DNA of 64,000 nucleotides from Moniliella sp. 'wahieum' (taxonomy: Eukaryota), in NCBI GenBank assembly GCA_003971905.1, contig RSEE01000113.1:124001-188000 (forward strand). Direction: 5' to 3'. Below, piece by piece: positions 1 to 11,803 of the stretch. A program made the position numbers and the translations under genes. The notes beneath the pieces were generated by a model, which saw only the letters and a program-made list of their open reading frames with translations, ran no database searches and had not been told where the DNA came from. Positions within the stretch are counted from its first letter, which is position 1; each line of letters opens with the position of its first letter.

Positions 1-93
1 CCGCACGGGCACCCTGCGAGTCATTGGACAAGTCACAGTTGGCGCTGGGCGCGGGGAGCCGTCTCATGCCTTCTCCGGCCGGGGCACTGAGCC

Positions 94-126
94 ACTCAGT
101 ACTCAGTACTCAGTACTCATACTCAC
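94..126. repeat. Tandem repeat (ACTCAGT)n, about 4.5 copies
   Basis: actcagt actcagt actcagt actcat actcac. Confidence 0.9.
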
Positions 127-632
127 TGCTCGAGCTCTCCCCCCGTGGTTGGGGCGAGTCAGAGACAGGCGAGATCCACCGCGGGCAAGCGCGAGGGCGG
201 TGGAGGAAGCCAGGTCTCAGATGCGCCAGATCTCTTGCACTGCGAGTGGCTGGGTCGGCGCGGCGCGAGCCGAGTGTGGACTGGACACGGAACGGTGAAC
301 ATCGACGTTGACGTTGACGTTAAACGTAGACCCCCCGCACGTGAAGAAGCTGGGGCCTGGCGCCTGGGGGCTGCTGGGTGCAGGCATTGGGCCTCGGGGG
401 GCGGGAGAGGAGGCGTGTGCGGGCGTGTGCGGCATGCGGCCGTAGACGCCCGTTCCAGGTCCATGAGTCGGCGCCAGCCCACCCGGCGCTCGACGTTTGG
501 CTGGGGTCGTGCTAGGCCATAGCGCCGGATCGCGCTTCTTATCCCCAGAGATCGTCAGGGGGCGGCGGTTAGCAATCCCCCCCCCCAACAACTGTGGCAG
601 GAGAACGTTTGTCCCCTTTCTACAGCCGGTTG

Positions 633-639
633 TATAAAA
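633..639 (+). promoter_or_regulatory. TATA box upstream of MFS transporter
   Basis: TATAAAA about 150 bp upstream of ATG 786, followed by a pyrimidine-rich leader. Confidence 0.6.
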
Positions 640-785
640 GCAGTCGGCGACACTGTTTTCCTTCTTTCTTTTTCCTCCGTGTCGTGCTGATTCTTTCCAC
701 TCCCCCTCACCAATTGCACCTCCCACCATCTGCCAAGCACACACTACCTTCGTAACCCCCCATCTGTCCATCTCCTTCACACGCC

Positions 786-3259
786 ATGGCGCACGCCTCT
801 GCGGACGAGCATTCCACCTCGGGCGCCTCCACCACGAACAAGCAAGGTGAAGCGCTCTCGGACTCTCCCGATACGGCACAGGGCCCCCCTCGCAAATCGC
901 TCGAGGGCCACGTTACCTACCTCTCTACGGCCGATGCCCCGGCCGAACACGATGGTCCCCAACGCGATAAGACCAAACTGAGGATTTTAACAGAGGAGGA
1001 CTGCTACGAGGAGTTGGCGTTCTGTTGGCCTGCTTGGAAAAAATGGTTCGTTCTTCTGCTTCATCTCGTTCTCCTTCCCCTTCCCCTTCCCCTTCCCCAT
1101 CTTGTCATCTCCTATTCACATATTCGTGCACTACCTCTCGTCGGGGTGATGATTGGGGTGGCAAGATGGGAGCAAACACTTTTTGTCCTCGCTTCTGGCA
1201 CATGGTCTAACCCTTCTCCGTTTGACCAGGTGGACGCTCACGGTGATCTTTTTGATCCAGACCAGCATGAACCTCAACACCTCGCTTTACTCGAACGCCA
1301 TTGCCTCCCGTCCGCACCACAAGGGCATGACGGAAGAATTTGGCATTTCGGCTCAGGCGGCGCGGTGTGGTGCCATGGTCTTTTTGGTGACGTATGCGTT
1401 TGGCTGTCAACTCTGGGCGCCCTGGTCCGAAGAGCTTGGACGCAAAGTGACCTTGTTCACCTCGCTCTTCTTGGTCAATGTGTGGCAGATCCCCGTCGGT
1501 GTCGCCAAGAACTTTGGCACGGTCATGGCTGGTCGTGCGCTGGGCGGGTTGTGCTCGGCAGGCGGGTCGGTCACACTGGGAATGGTGGCAGACATGTACG
1601 AACCGGAGGATCACCAGTACGCGATCAACTATATTGTCCTCTCTTCTGTTGGTACGTTCTTTTCGCCCTGCTGGTCCCTGTCCAAAAATACAGAGCTTAA
1701 CTAATCTCCGCCCCCCCGTTTTGGCTTGCAGGTGGCTCGATCGTTGGCCCGATCGTTGGTGGGTTCTGTGAGCAATGGCTCGCGTGGCAATGGTGCATCT
1801 GGTTGCAACTCTGTGCCGGCGGGTTCGTTATGATCCTTGTCCTCCTCATTCCCGAGTCTCGGTCGACGACAATGATGACTGCCATCGCCAAGCGGCGACG
1901 CAAGAACGGTGAAGATGTGTGGGGCCCGAACGAGGTACTGCCTTGGCGGGAACGCTTTGCATTCAAGGAGGTCATTGCCATCTGGACCCGACCGTTTGTC
2001 AGTGCGTATCACATTTCTCCGTTTTCCCCTGAGAAGATGTCCCTATATTGGAGGCACTTTGGCTCCCGATTCTGTTGTTGCCTCTCAGAACGGAACTGAC
2101 CATGTTGTTGCGACTAAACAGTGTATGTGACCGAACCCATCGTTCTCGTCCTTTCTCTTCTCTCCGGATTTTCCGACGCTCTTATTTTCATGTTCATTCA
2201 AAGTTTCTCGCTCGTCTATGGGCAGTACAATTTCCGGCCCTTTGAGCTGGGTCTTGCCTTTATCCCCCTCGGCGTTGGGTACCTTCTGGCCTACGTCTCT
2301 TTCTTCTTCTCGATCAAACGCAACATTCGTCGTCGTGCCGAGTTCCCGCATGACGAACGGGTGCAATTTGAGGAACGGCTGTGGTGGTTGCTCTACCTCA
2401 GTTGGCTTCTCCCCATTGGGTTGATCACCTTTGCCTGGACTTCGTCCGGCCCTCCGATCCATTGGATTGGCCCCATGATTTGTTCGGCCATGGTAGGAAT
2501 TGCCAACTTTGCCGTGTACGCAGCTACGATTGATTACATGGTGGCTGCCTATGGTCCCTACTCGGCTTCGGCCACCGGTGGCAATGGTTGGTCGCGCGAC
2601 ATTTTGGCCGGGATCTTGACGGTGCCTGCCGTGCCCTTTTTCAGTAACATTGGTCCCGCAGTCACGGCCAAAAGCACCACCATCACCTCGAATACGCTTC
2701 GACCATTCTGTTTTGCATCTCCACCGTCTTGGTGGTGGCGGTGTACCTGATCTACTTTAACGGGCCTACTTTGCGCCGGCGTTCTCCCTTTGCCCAACAG
2801 CTCAGCGACGAGCGGCAAGAACATGCGGCCCATCGTCCTTCTGTGTCGAGTGCACGCCAAGGCTTGGGTACTACCGACACGGAGAAGAGTGCTGCAGTGA
2901 GTCCTGCTCCTGTCCGCCCTGGTCTGCCGCACCGCCACTCGACCGCGCGCGAATGGCAAGAGGAGCGTATTCGTCCCGGACTTAGCTCGCGCCGGTCCAG
3001 TTACTTGGCGACGGAGGGTGCGGCCCACGATCGCAGTCGGGGTAGCAGTCGCGTAGGTTCACGTGCAGGCTCACGGGCTGCGAGTCGGGCCAACTCGATA
3101 GAGGAGGACCGCACGGGTGTAACCCCTGCCAACATGGCCGAACGACTGCACGCTCGTCTTCGTCCCGACCTGGGATCGCGCCGCAACACGCATACCAGCA
3201 CGGTCAGTCATCCGGGATTGGCAGATGTGGCGGAGCGGACAGGCCAGGAGGAGGCCTAG
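786..3259 (+). CDS. MFS transporter, DHA1 (drug:H+ antiporter)-like
   Basis: Motifs WPAWKKW, WAPWSEELGRK, AGRALGGLCSAGGS, EERLWWL, IDYMVAAYGPYSASA. Introns 1046-1229, 1652-1731 and 2002-2121 restore the frame. One indel near 2655. Confidence 0.9.
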
Positions 3260-3939
3260 AGCCGGGTCGGGGGTGTACTAAATACCTACTGCCTATTGGG
3301 CGGTCTACTAGTCTCCTAAAATTACGTTCGACGCACTCTTTCCTTCACCATTATTAGCATGCTGTGTCGGCTTTTCTGTTTACGCGTTTAACGTTTACGT
3401 CTCACTTCGAGTACCCACGTACTTGTAACTACATTTCCGTTTACGTCCGTGAAGAAGTACTTGCTTGTAAAGGATTTATAGCACAGCATTTCTTGGTCCC
3501 ACAGCCTTTTAAGCTCTGTCAATGATATGGCTGCAGGAGGTGTCTGTTAAAGCCGGGAGAGTGTCTTAATAGTCTGGGGCTACCCCAACCCCTAAGAAGT
3601 GGAATCAGGAAGAACTAGGGTGTAAGCGCATGGGGGCGAATAACCTCTTGTGAGCAGTCAACTCATTTTTCCGAATCCATGATCGATAGCACCCCTCCCT
3701 GAGTCCTCCGGACTGGATTCAGTTGTATTTCATGCATCTCTTCCTTCAATTCGACCTCGAAGGTGAGGATGCCTTGCTACATAAAACCGTCGATTGGCGT
3801 ACCAATAGCTCAGTCGTACATCATTACGTGTTTCTCCCTATGGACGAGAGGGCTGAATATGTCAGACAAAGATGGAGATGGACTCCCACAGCAAAACCAG
3901 CAAAACACGCGAGGAGCCACAAGGTGTGACCACAACTTC

Positions 3940-5668
3940 TCAATTTGCCCCAAACCAGTTCATCGGTGCTGGTGCAGTCTCAACAAAGGTTGATTTGGCT
4001 GAGAGATACGCACGTAATCCTTCCTCTCCCAATTCGCGGCTGGTGCCCGACCAGCCACCACACCCCACTCGGCCTTGGCCGAGTACGGGCCGTAGGTATT
4101 AACCCATGTTGTGCCCGCCCGGATCTTCTTGGCAACCCGCTCGGCCCGCGCTTGGTCTTGAGACTGCACACCGGCCGCCAAGCCATACGGTGTGTTGTTG
4201 GCCAAACGGATCGCTTGTGCCTCATCATTGTGCGGGAACCGCTCAATCGTCAATATCGGACCAAACGTTTCTTCTTGGACAATGCGCATGTCGGCGGAAC
4301 ACTGATCAAAAACGGTAGGCAAAAGAAGTTTCCCTTGGCGAGGTGAGGGAATTCCTCGGATCAGGTTGGGTGCCTCCTACCAGGAGTTTGGCGCCCTCGG
4401 TCTTGCCCAACTCAACGTAAGCCTTGACCTTGGCGAGGTGGTCTTGGGTCGCTAATGGTCCTGTTTCGGAACGAGGGTCGAGCCCTGATCCCATCCGTAC
4501 TTGCTTCGCCTTATTTACCACTTTTTCTGCCAGTGCATCCGCCACTGTCTCGTCCACAATCAACCTCGTTGCCGAGCTGCACACTTGGCCCGAGTGAACA
4601 AACACGCCTGTTGCCACCACGTCCGCCGCCCAGTCGAGGTCAACATCGGCAAACACAACCTGGGGGTTTTTGCCCCCAAGCTCCATATGGGTCTGTTTGA
4701 CGGTGCCCGCACAAGCAGCCAATACCCTGCGTCCGGTTGCCAGTCCGCCCGTGAAGCTGACCAAGTCCACGTGCGGACTCTCTGTGAGCGTCGGTCCTAC
4801 TCGTGCACCATGGCCTGTGAGCAGTTGCACCACGCCAGGCGGTAGGTCCATAGAGATGGAGAGGAGAAGGATGTGACGGACAATAAAGAGGGTGGAAAGG
4901 GGGGTGACCTCGCTCGGCTTGAGAACCACGGCGTTACCTGCCACCAGTGCTGGGGCCAGTTTCCAGAAAAGTTGCAAGATGGGGTAGTTCCATGGCATGA
5001 TCAATACACATACACCAACCGGTTCGTGGCTCACCGCAGCCCGTACCGATCCAGGAAGAGAAGAGTCATGAATCACCCTTGGAACATCGTACTTGAGCGC
5101 CTCCTCAGCATAGTATCGGCACACCGACGTGACATCGTCAATGTCAGCGTTGCTCTCGGCCAATGTCTTGCCCGTGTCTAGCGTTTCGAGAGTGGCAAGC
5201 GTAGGCTTGTGTTGTTGTAATAACTCTGCTATCTGGAGAAGATACTTTGCGCGCTCAGAAAAAGATGTGCGAAGGGGGTCGGACCAAGAGGAAGTGTCGA
5301 AGAAGGTACGGGCGGCTGAACTGGCCTGCTCGGCGTCCGCGGTAGATGCTTCGTCAACCGCGCGCAGAAGGGTTTGGTCAAACGGATTAAGAGTCGGCCT
5401 CTGGGCTCCATCGCTGGCATGCCGCCAGTGACCATCGATAAACAGAGATGGCCCGGAAACCGACGCCAGAGCCTTGGATGATACTGCTGCTTGGTTGGCT
5501 CGTGAGCTGAACTGGCGTTGGAGGGGCCAGGCGCGGACGTCGGCTGAAATGCAAAGGAGGCCAACTTTGGTGCACTCGACGAAAGCCAGGACGTAGTGCA
5601 ACGGAAAAATGGAGCACTCCGCGCATCCTGGTTGTTACAGAAGGAATGGGCATGCGAGCGCGACACAT
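3940..5668 (-). CDS. Aldehyde dehydrogenase, betaine aldehyde dehydrogenase (GbsA/BetB)-like
   Basis: PWNYP, KPSEVTP, SFTGG, ELGGK (catalytic Glu), GQVCS (catalytic Cys), EETFGP, YGLAAGV. C-terminus APAPMNWFGAN*. Frameshifts near 4340 and 4050; start uncertain. Confidence 0.9.
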
Positions 5669-6038
5669 GCTCAGTGTCGCGGTGACCATCGCCCGCAGTG
5701 GTGGTGGCAGCGAGAGGGAGAGATGACCTGTGTGTTCCATCAGTCTGAGCACCACTCGTACCTAATAAATCCCTTCTGGGATCTGAAAGAGGATGCACTG
5801 TATTCTTTCAATTCTTCATTTCCTCTTCTCCACACAGCGGACTAGGGTGGCCTCAGTGACCACCACCTTTGTCATCGAAGCCATCTTGATCTACAGCCAT
5901 ATGGATAAAGAAGAAGAAGACCGATCGCGCTGCCGCAGCCAGGGAAGACATGAAGCAATGGGGTGTTATCAGCACTTTCGTTTTACATATGTGATGTCTC
6001 TTCTGGTAGCCAACGTTTTGGCATGATGCAGGCTGCTC

Positions 6039-7011
6039 TCATGCATTCGACGCATTTCTGGAATCATCAATAAGAGCGAGATCAGTATCAGTACTCAGTG
6101 GCAAAGACAAAGGAGATAGAAGAGGCACATACTGCAACAAGAAACGAACGTTATTGAGAAAGATGTGGATTTGGTCCTCGTACGGCGTCCACTCGTTTGC
6201 CTGAGCTGCCATTTTACACGAGCGCGCCAGTTCGAAGAGTCATTGCCGTGCTGCATCTCCACCTCAACCTCAAACGAGGGAGATTATTGGGGGCAGAGAC
6301 TTGGGTAATGTCAACCTGCGAGATTTGGTGCTTGTAAGAAACGTTGTTTTTCCCGCGTGAGCAGGGCCGGGGAGCTCGGCACCGGATCTGATGGTAGGAG
6401 ATGTGGGTCAGAGATGGAGGGGGACAAGATGGGGAATGGGAATGGCATGCCCCCTGGGCTCAACGTACGAGGAGTTTCAATGTTGATACTAATACGATAA
6501 TCCAGTAACGCTTGAGGGTTAAAAATGTCCATGCTGGCAACACGTGTCTTGACCATTGCCGTTTTGGCACCCGTCTTGTGGTCGCTGGTGAGACGAATGC
6601 GTGAATTGGGAGGGACACGGTCGACAGGACCGGGAGCATGGAACGTGTCGGTTGACTGAATACGCTGATACGAGACCGGGGCGCCATGGTAGCCAGGCTC
6701 ATGCGATTGCTGCACAGTGTTGTTGAGCAGATGGTTGAGACTCGCGTGTTGGGTACGCGTCACACTGGCCTCAAAGCGCGTGGATCCAGGTGGATATCCG
6801 TGATGGTCTCAGTACGAAGGGGAAGGTGTACGCGTTGTTGAGTGGCCAGGTCGATGAGCGTTCCTAGCTTGGCCTCAATCTCGATTTGGCCAGCGGCCGG
6901 GTCGATGCCTTGCATCTCTTGCCAGATCCACTCGGACACAACAACAGTAAAATCGTCACGCGGATCGACGGCAAAAATGGACCGCTCGAGAGGCGGATCA
7001 GGCCACGACAT
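6039..7011 (-). CDS. CET1: mRNA-capping RNA triphosphatase (Cet1/Pct1, CYTH/TTM family)
   Basis: EIEAKLGTLID (motif A), RIRLT, KTRV, DYRISINIE (motif B), FEVEVE (motif C), FLNNVRFL. Introns and indels present. Confidence 0.8.
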
Positions 7012-7601
7012 GACGCAAGCCAGCGAGGGACAGGGCCAACGAAGGCGAGATGGCGACGGTGGCGAAGACGGTGGTGGGGTAAAAATGGGCGACGCGACGT
7101 TAGAAGCCTCAATGGGCTGTTATTCCTATTTATTTTCCTTTTTAAAACCATTTCTCACCCACATCCAATATCGGCCATCAAATTACCACCTCACCGCACC
7201 GCCTTCTCGCACCCCTCGCTTGCTGGACCGCAAAGCACAGAGGATATATCATCCAACTTGATCCAGACTGTTACCTGCAACTCGACAACGTACTAGGTAC
7301 GACCTAACTCCACTACAGGCTACTAAAGCTGACTTGCTGAATTCAGTCGATCGCAACATTGCATTGCGTTTTGAGGTCATAGTGACTGACCGGTGTAAGC
7401 GCTAAAGGGGTAGAAGGGACAAAGTGATACAAGAAGCATACGCGTCCCACCGGTTCAATCGAGTGTCGCATCCACGCAGGACACGGAGTAGCTGAGGCAC
7501 AGTTGCGAACGTGCAAGCACTACAGCATTTTTGAGGGGGGGTAGAGTCGAAAAAGGGTGGATAATGATGATGAAGACCGTGTGAAGGAACCGAGTATGAG
7601 C

Positions 7602-8374
7602 TTAGACGCTGGCGAGAGGTGTAGGCTCGACAAAACTCAGCACTCTTGACCTTGGCCCCGAGGTCCTCAGCGCCAACCACGTTGGCCGCACCCCGTGGAG
7701 CTCAACGAGGCGCGAAACGTCAAACTTGGGCTTCTTGATGATCTTAACCTTGTGGACAAACACGTCCTTCAAAGGGTAGATCCCACGGGTTGACTTCTCA
7801 ATTTCACGACCAATGACCTCAGGAGAGCTTCTGCACCAGCTCCTTGATGTCGCAAGTCTCAATCTCCCGCTTGATAATCTGGAACATCTTTTGCGGATCG
7901 CGCGCACTTGGGCGGATTGAGCGTAGGTAGTCTTCGAGACACTGTGGAGCGGCGCTTGGTGAAGGCAATGAAAACAGGCGCACAACGTAGCCGTCGGTCA
8001 ACTTGACGTCCTGGTGGCCTCGATCGTCGTCTGCCACTTGCGAACAAGGGAACGGATTGTCGTGGTGAAGTCATCGAGTGGAAGTTGGTGAGGCACGACC
8101 GGCCCTGCACCTCATCAACGCGGAGGGAGAACTTGCGGAAAGATTGCTCCTCGTCCTTGTTGAGGTCGGCCAACGAGGCCTCGACAATGCGGCCCTTGAG
8201 CGAGTCGTTGGCGTTCACCAGACCCTGAGACTTGTTGACAATGGTCTTACCCACCGTGCGGTTGTCAAAGAAGGTGGGCGCCCGGATGTCGTGCCACACC
8301 TTGCGGGACATGGGGTCGACCGTCTTTTTCTTCATGCCCTTCTTGCCGAGCTTCTTGTTCTTGCCAATCGCCAT
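7602..8374 (-). CDS. RPS1: 40S ribosomal protein eS1 (S1/S3a)
   Basis: [13 protein letters not shown]...[43 protein letters not shown]. Several single-base frameshifts. Confidence 0.95.
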
Positions 8375-8816
8375 GTTGTGCAATGGGTCCCGAGGACTGA
8401 TGTGTCAGAGGCGAGAAACGAGCTACGAGACGAGGACGACCCACTGCCGACGACAGGCCAGGCAGGAGAAGGGCAAAGGACACATGGCAACCTAGCGCAA
8501 GAGTCCCAGGGTTAGGTGGGCTGGGTGGAATGACGGCTGGGGGGCTGTGTACTTGCGCAATGCTGCGGTGTTCAATTCAGCCGAGGCACTCACGGATCAT
8601 TTCACATTTCAAATGGATGATGAGATAATCACGTGTCTGGTTTTCATTCCCTTAAAGTGTTCCTTACGTAATGTAATGTCACTGCCATCACCCGATCCGT
8701 GGTGGATGATTGATGGTCACCGGTCAGGTACGTTTCATTCCGCGGGGCGGGCGGAATTTGCTGCGAGTCTGCTGCTCTTGTCGTCCCAGCCACTCCACCA
8801 ACCACCTCCCACATCC

Positions 8817-10675
8817 ATGTCTCCGCCCCCCGCCAAGCGCCCGCGCTCCAGCCGGCCCAGTAGGGGGCCGTCGCTATCTCCGTCGCCTCCTCCTCCACCG
8901 CCATCGCCGCCTCCACCAGATTCCTCTTCTCCGCCCCCGCCCCCGCCACCGCCTCCTCACCCTCACTCTCACCCTCCCCACTTTTCATTTGCTACCTCTA
9001 CCCCCCATCCTGCCGACGTTTCCAACGACGATGCCGATGACGACGACCTCGATGATGCCCAATATTGGACTCAGCGCGCCGCAGAGGCCGAATCAGAGCG
9101 TCTCGCTGCGCGCGCAAGCACGCAACCCTCTATTTAGACACTGTCGCCCGCCCGCGTCTCGACTTCGACTTTGAGGTATGCAGCGTGTCCATGTCGCCGC
9201 TTCATGTCTCTGCTGTGGTCTGCGGCCGCTTTTTCCAAGGTCGTGGCCCCCATAGCTGGGCTGCGAAACATGCCGTGGACGAGGACCACCGTGTCTTTCT
9301 CAAACTCGCTTCGGATGGAGGTGGAGCAGCTGGCAGTGTTTGGATCCTGCCTGAAGCCCAACAGCTCACCGACCCTGCCAGCCTTGCGGCCCTGGCCGAC
9401 ATTCGGTACCTGCTTAACCCCACATTTACTGAGCAGCAGATCGAGCGCCTGGACGCCCCCAATATTCCGCTCAGTCACGACCTCCAGGGTCATCCCTATA
9501 CCTCTGGGTTTGTTGGCCTCAACAATGTGGGCAAGACAGATTACATCAACGTTGTTATCCAAGCTTTGGCCCACGTCAAACCCCTCCGGAATTTTTCATT
9601 CGGGGTCAGCCTCTTGCAAACGCCGCATCCAATGTTGAGTACGATGGACTGCATGGAGACAAAACGACGGGTCTGGTAACCCAGTTTTCACTCTTGGTGC
9701 GCAAATTGTGGAACCCGCGTCTGTTCAAGTCCCAAGTGTCGCCCCAAGAGTTTCTCCATGCTGTGGACCGTGCCTCCAATGGCCGCTTTCGTCTCGGAAC
9801 TGGGGGGGACCCCTCTGAGTTTCTGGGCTGGCTTCTCAACCAGCTCCATACCGACTTGGGTGGCAGTCGCAAGAAGGAGAGCATCATCTCGGCTTGTTTC
9901 CGTGGCTCACTGCGTGTCGAAAGTCAAAAGGTGGTCGTCCGTTCGGGGCTGGAACTGGAGGACGAGCCGAGGAACCAGCTGGATGCGGACGGTCGTGCCG
10001 ATGGCGGACAGCGGGACGAGAAGAACGAAGCCCGGTTCAATATTGACAAGGAGGTGCAAGTTCACTTTTCCCCGTTTTTTCTTAACCATTGATCTTCCAC
10101 CTCTACCTGTGTTTCGGGACGATGTCGAGTCCAACATTATTCCCAAGTCCCGCTAGCCCAACTAATTGCTAAGTACGATGGGGTCACGTTCCAAGAAGCT
10201 CGCGGCCAGATTCGTCGCTTCAAGCTCACCCGCCCCCCCGTTTCTGATTCTCCATTATCGTCGGTTTACCACCAACAATTTTGGGAGGAACGCAACCGCA
10301 CCATCGTCAACTTTCCCGTTCGAGGACTCGACATGAGCCCCACCATTGAGCAAGCAGACCAGCCGGGGTCGAAATGGCGTACGATCTGGTTGCCACATCA
10401 CCCACGAGGCCACCCCGGGTACCGTCAAGGACAACCAAGTGTGGCGGTCCCAGGTGCATACTCGTGTGGATGGTCGGCCGCTAGGCCCAGTTAAGGGACC
10501 GGGCAAGCGAATGGCGGAGGAGGAGTCCGAAATGAGCGAACCAACGCCCGAGGAACGCTGGTTCCAAATCCAAGATTTGATCGTCGAAGACATCAATCGA
10601 CAGATGCTCTTCCTGGGCGAGTCCTACCTGCAGATCTGGAAACGCAAAGACGGGAAGAAGAGGTGGAAAAGATAA
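8817..10675 (+). CDS. SAD1: U4/U6.U5 tri-snRNP-associated protein Sad1/USP39 (inactive UBP with ZnF-UBP)
   Basis: LYLDTVARPRLDFDFE, CGRFFQGRG, GFVGLNN...DYINVVIQALAHV, LWNPRLFKSQVSPQE, WFQIQDLIVE, ESYLQIW. Frameshifted. Confidence 0.9.
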
Positions 10676-10945
10676 TGCGTCGGCAGGCGGAGCATCAAAC
10701 CAAAAAGCACCTTGCCAAGAGCCAATCCAAGGGCAAGTCCATCTCAACTGCGGCAGCTGTCTTCTTAAACCGGAGAGCTTATTGCCTGTCCAGTGGCGCA
10801 AAGCAGGATGCAATGTAATGTCTACATTAGTGCACCATTTGAGCAGTGATGGTAGTGCTAGGCACGAGTGGCGTAGCAAGGCATGGAGGTAGTGCATGGC
10901 ATGGGGGGATGTGTGCCTGTCAAGGGCAGTTGCAGTAATTAGGCC

Positions 10946-11324
10946 CTAGGGAGCACGGAAGTCGATGACCTTCTGGTATAATAGCGCCAGCCAAGAGCGA
11001 GGTGGCCGTCAAAGCCTTAGGCACCGGGCCCTTACGAAACCGGGGGGCAGACGCGCCGAGGAGCAAGACCGAGGCAGCGGCGGCAACCTCATAGCCATTG
11101 TCGCCTCCGCTTGGATCTGGTATCGGCTAGGCCATAGAGCGCCCCGACGCCCAAGCCAGCCACAAGCGAGGGCATGGACTGGTGCGCGCAAAGCCAATCA
11201 CGCCGCCGAGGGCACAGAGGCCAGCCATGCTGTAAGCGGGGGGTGGTGCGACTAGTTGAAGGCAAACACAATGGATGATAAGGGGGGAAGCAGATGATGG
11301 AAGGCGGTGCACAGCACGTACCAT
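10946..11324 (-). CDS. TMEM14 family small membrane protein
   Basis: ATG followed directly by a GTACGT intron (11321-11252), then HPAYSMAGLCALGGVIGFAR..SMPSLVAGLGVGALYGLA. Frameshifted. Confidence 0.75.
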
Positions 11325-11803
11325 CGTTTTCCAGGCCGGAAACAAGGAGGAGAGGGAGGAGGAGGTATGCGGAGATGGTGGTGGTGATGTTCGAGCTAGC
11401 CTCGGCTTCTCAGAACGCCGAGCTTTGCTCAGGCTGAGCTTTCAGTCGGTTAGTCGTGAGCACATGGGGCGCATGTGAGTACTTGAAACTTTCGAGCGCA
11501 TGGGCCAATCTTCTCGGTGGATCTACGGGAGCTGACGAACCAACCACACGCCGTATAAGAAAGCGGATGAGCAGGATCGGCTGGCTATATACATACCCAC
11601 CACCCAAGAAGTACACCACTCCCTGGCACTGATGCTGACAGGAAGGACCGGCCACAATCGAGGCAAACGCGCTACGACAGCAATTGTACTGGCAGTGTTG
11701 GCAGTAGCAGCAGTTTGCAGGAAGCCGATACAATTTATCCAATCGCTTTTGGTGGGAGTCGTCTCCCCGCCCTTCAGTATTCTATGCAGTCCAGGCATTC
11801 ACA

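Noticed and set aside
7254..7280. TPP riboswitch-like AACTTGATC
   Set aside because: Lacks the CTGAGA core and the rest of the consensus; no thiamine gene nearby
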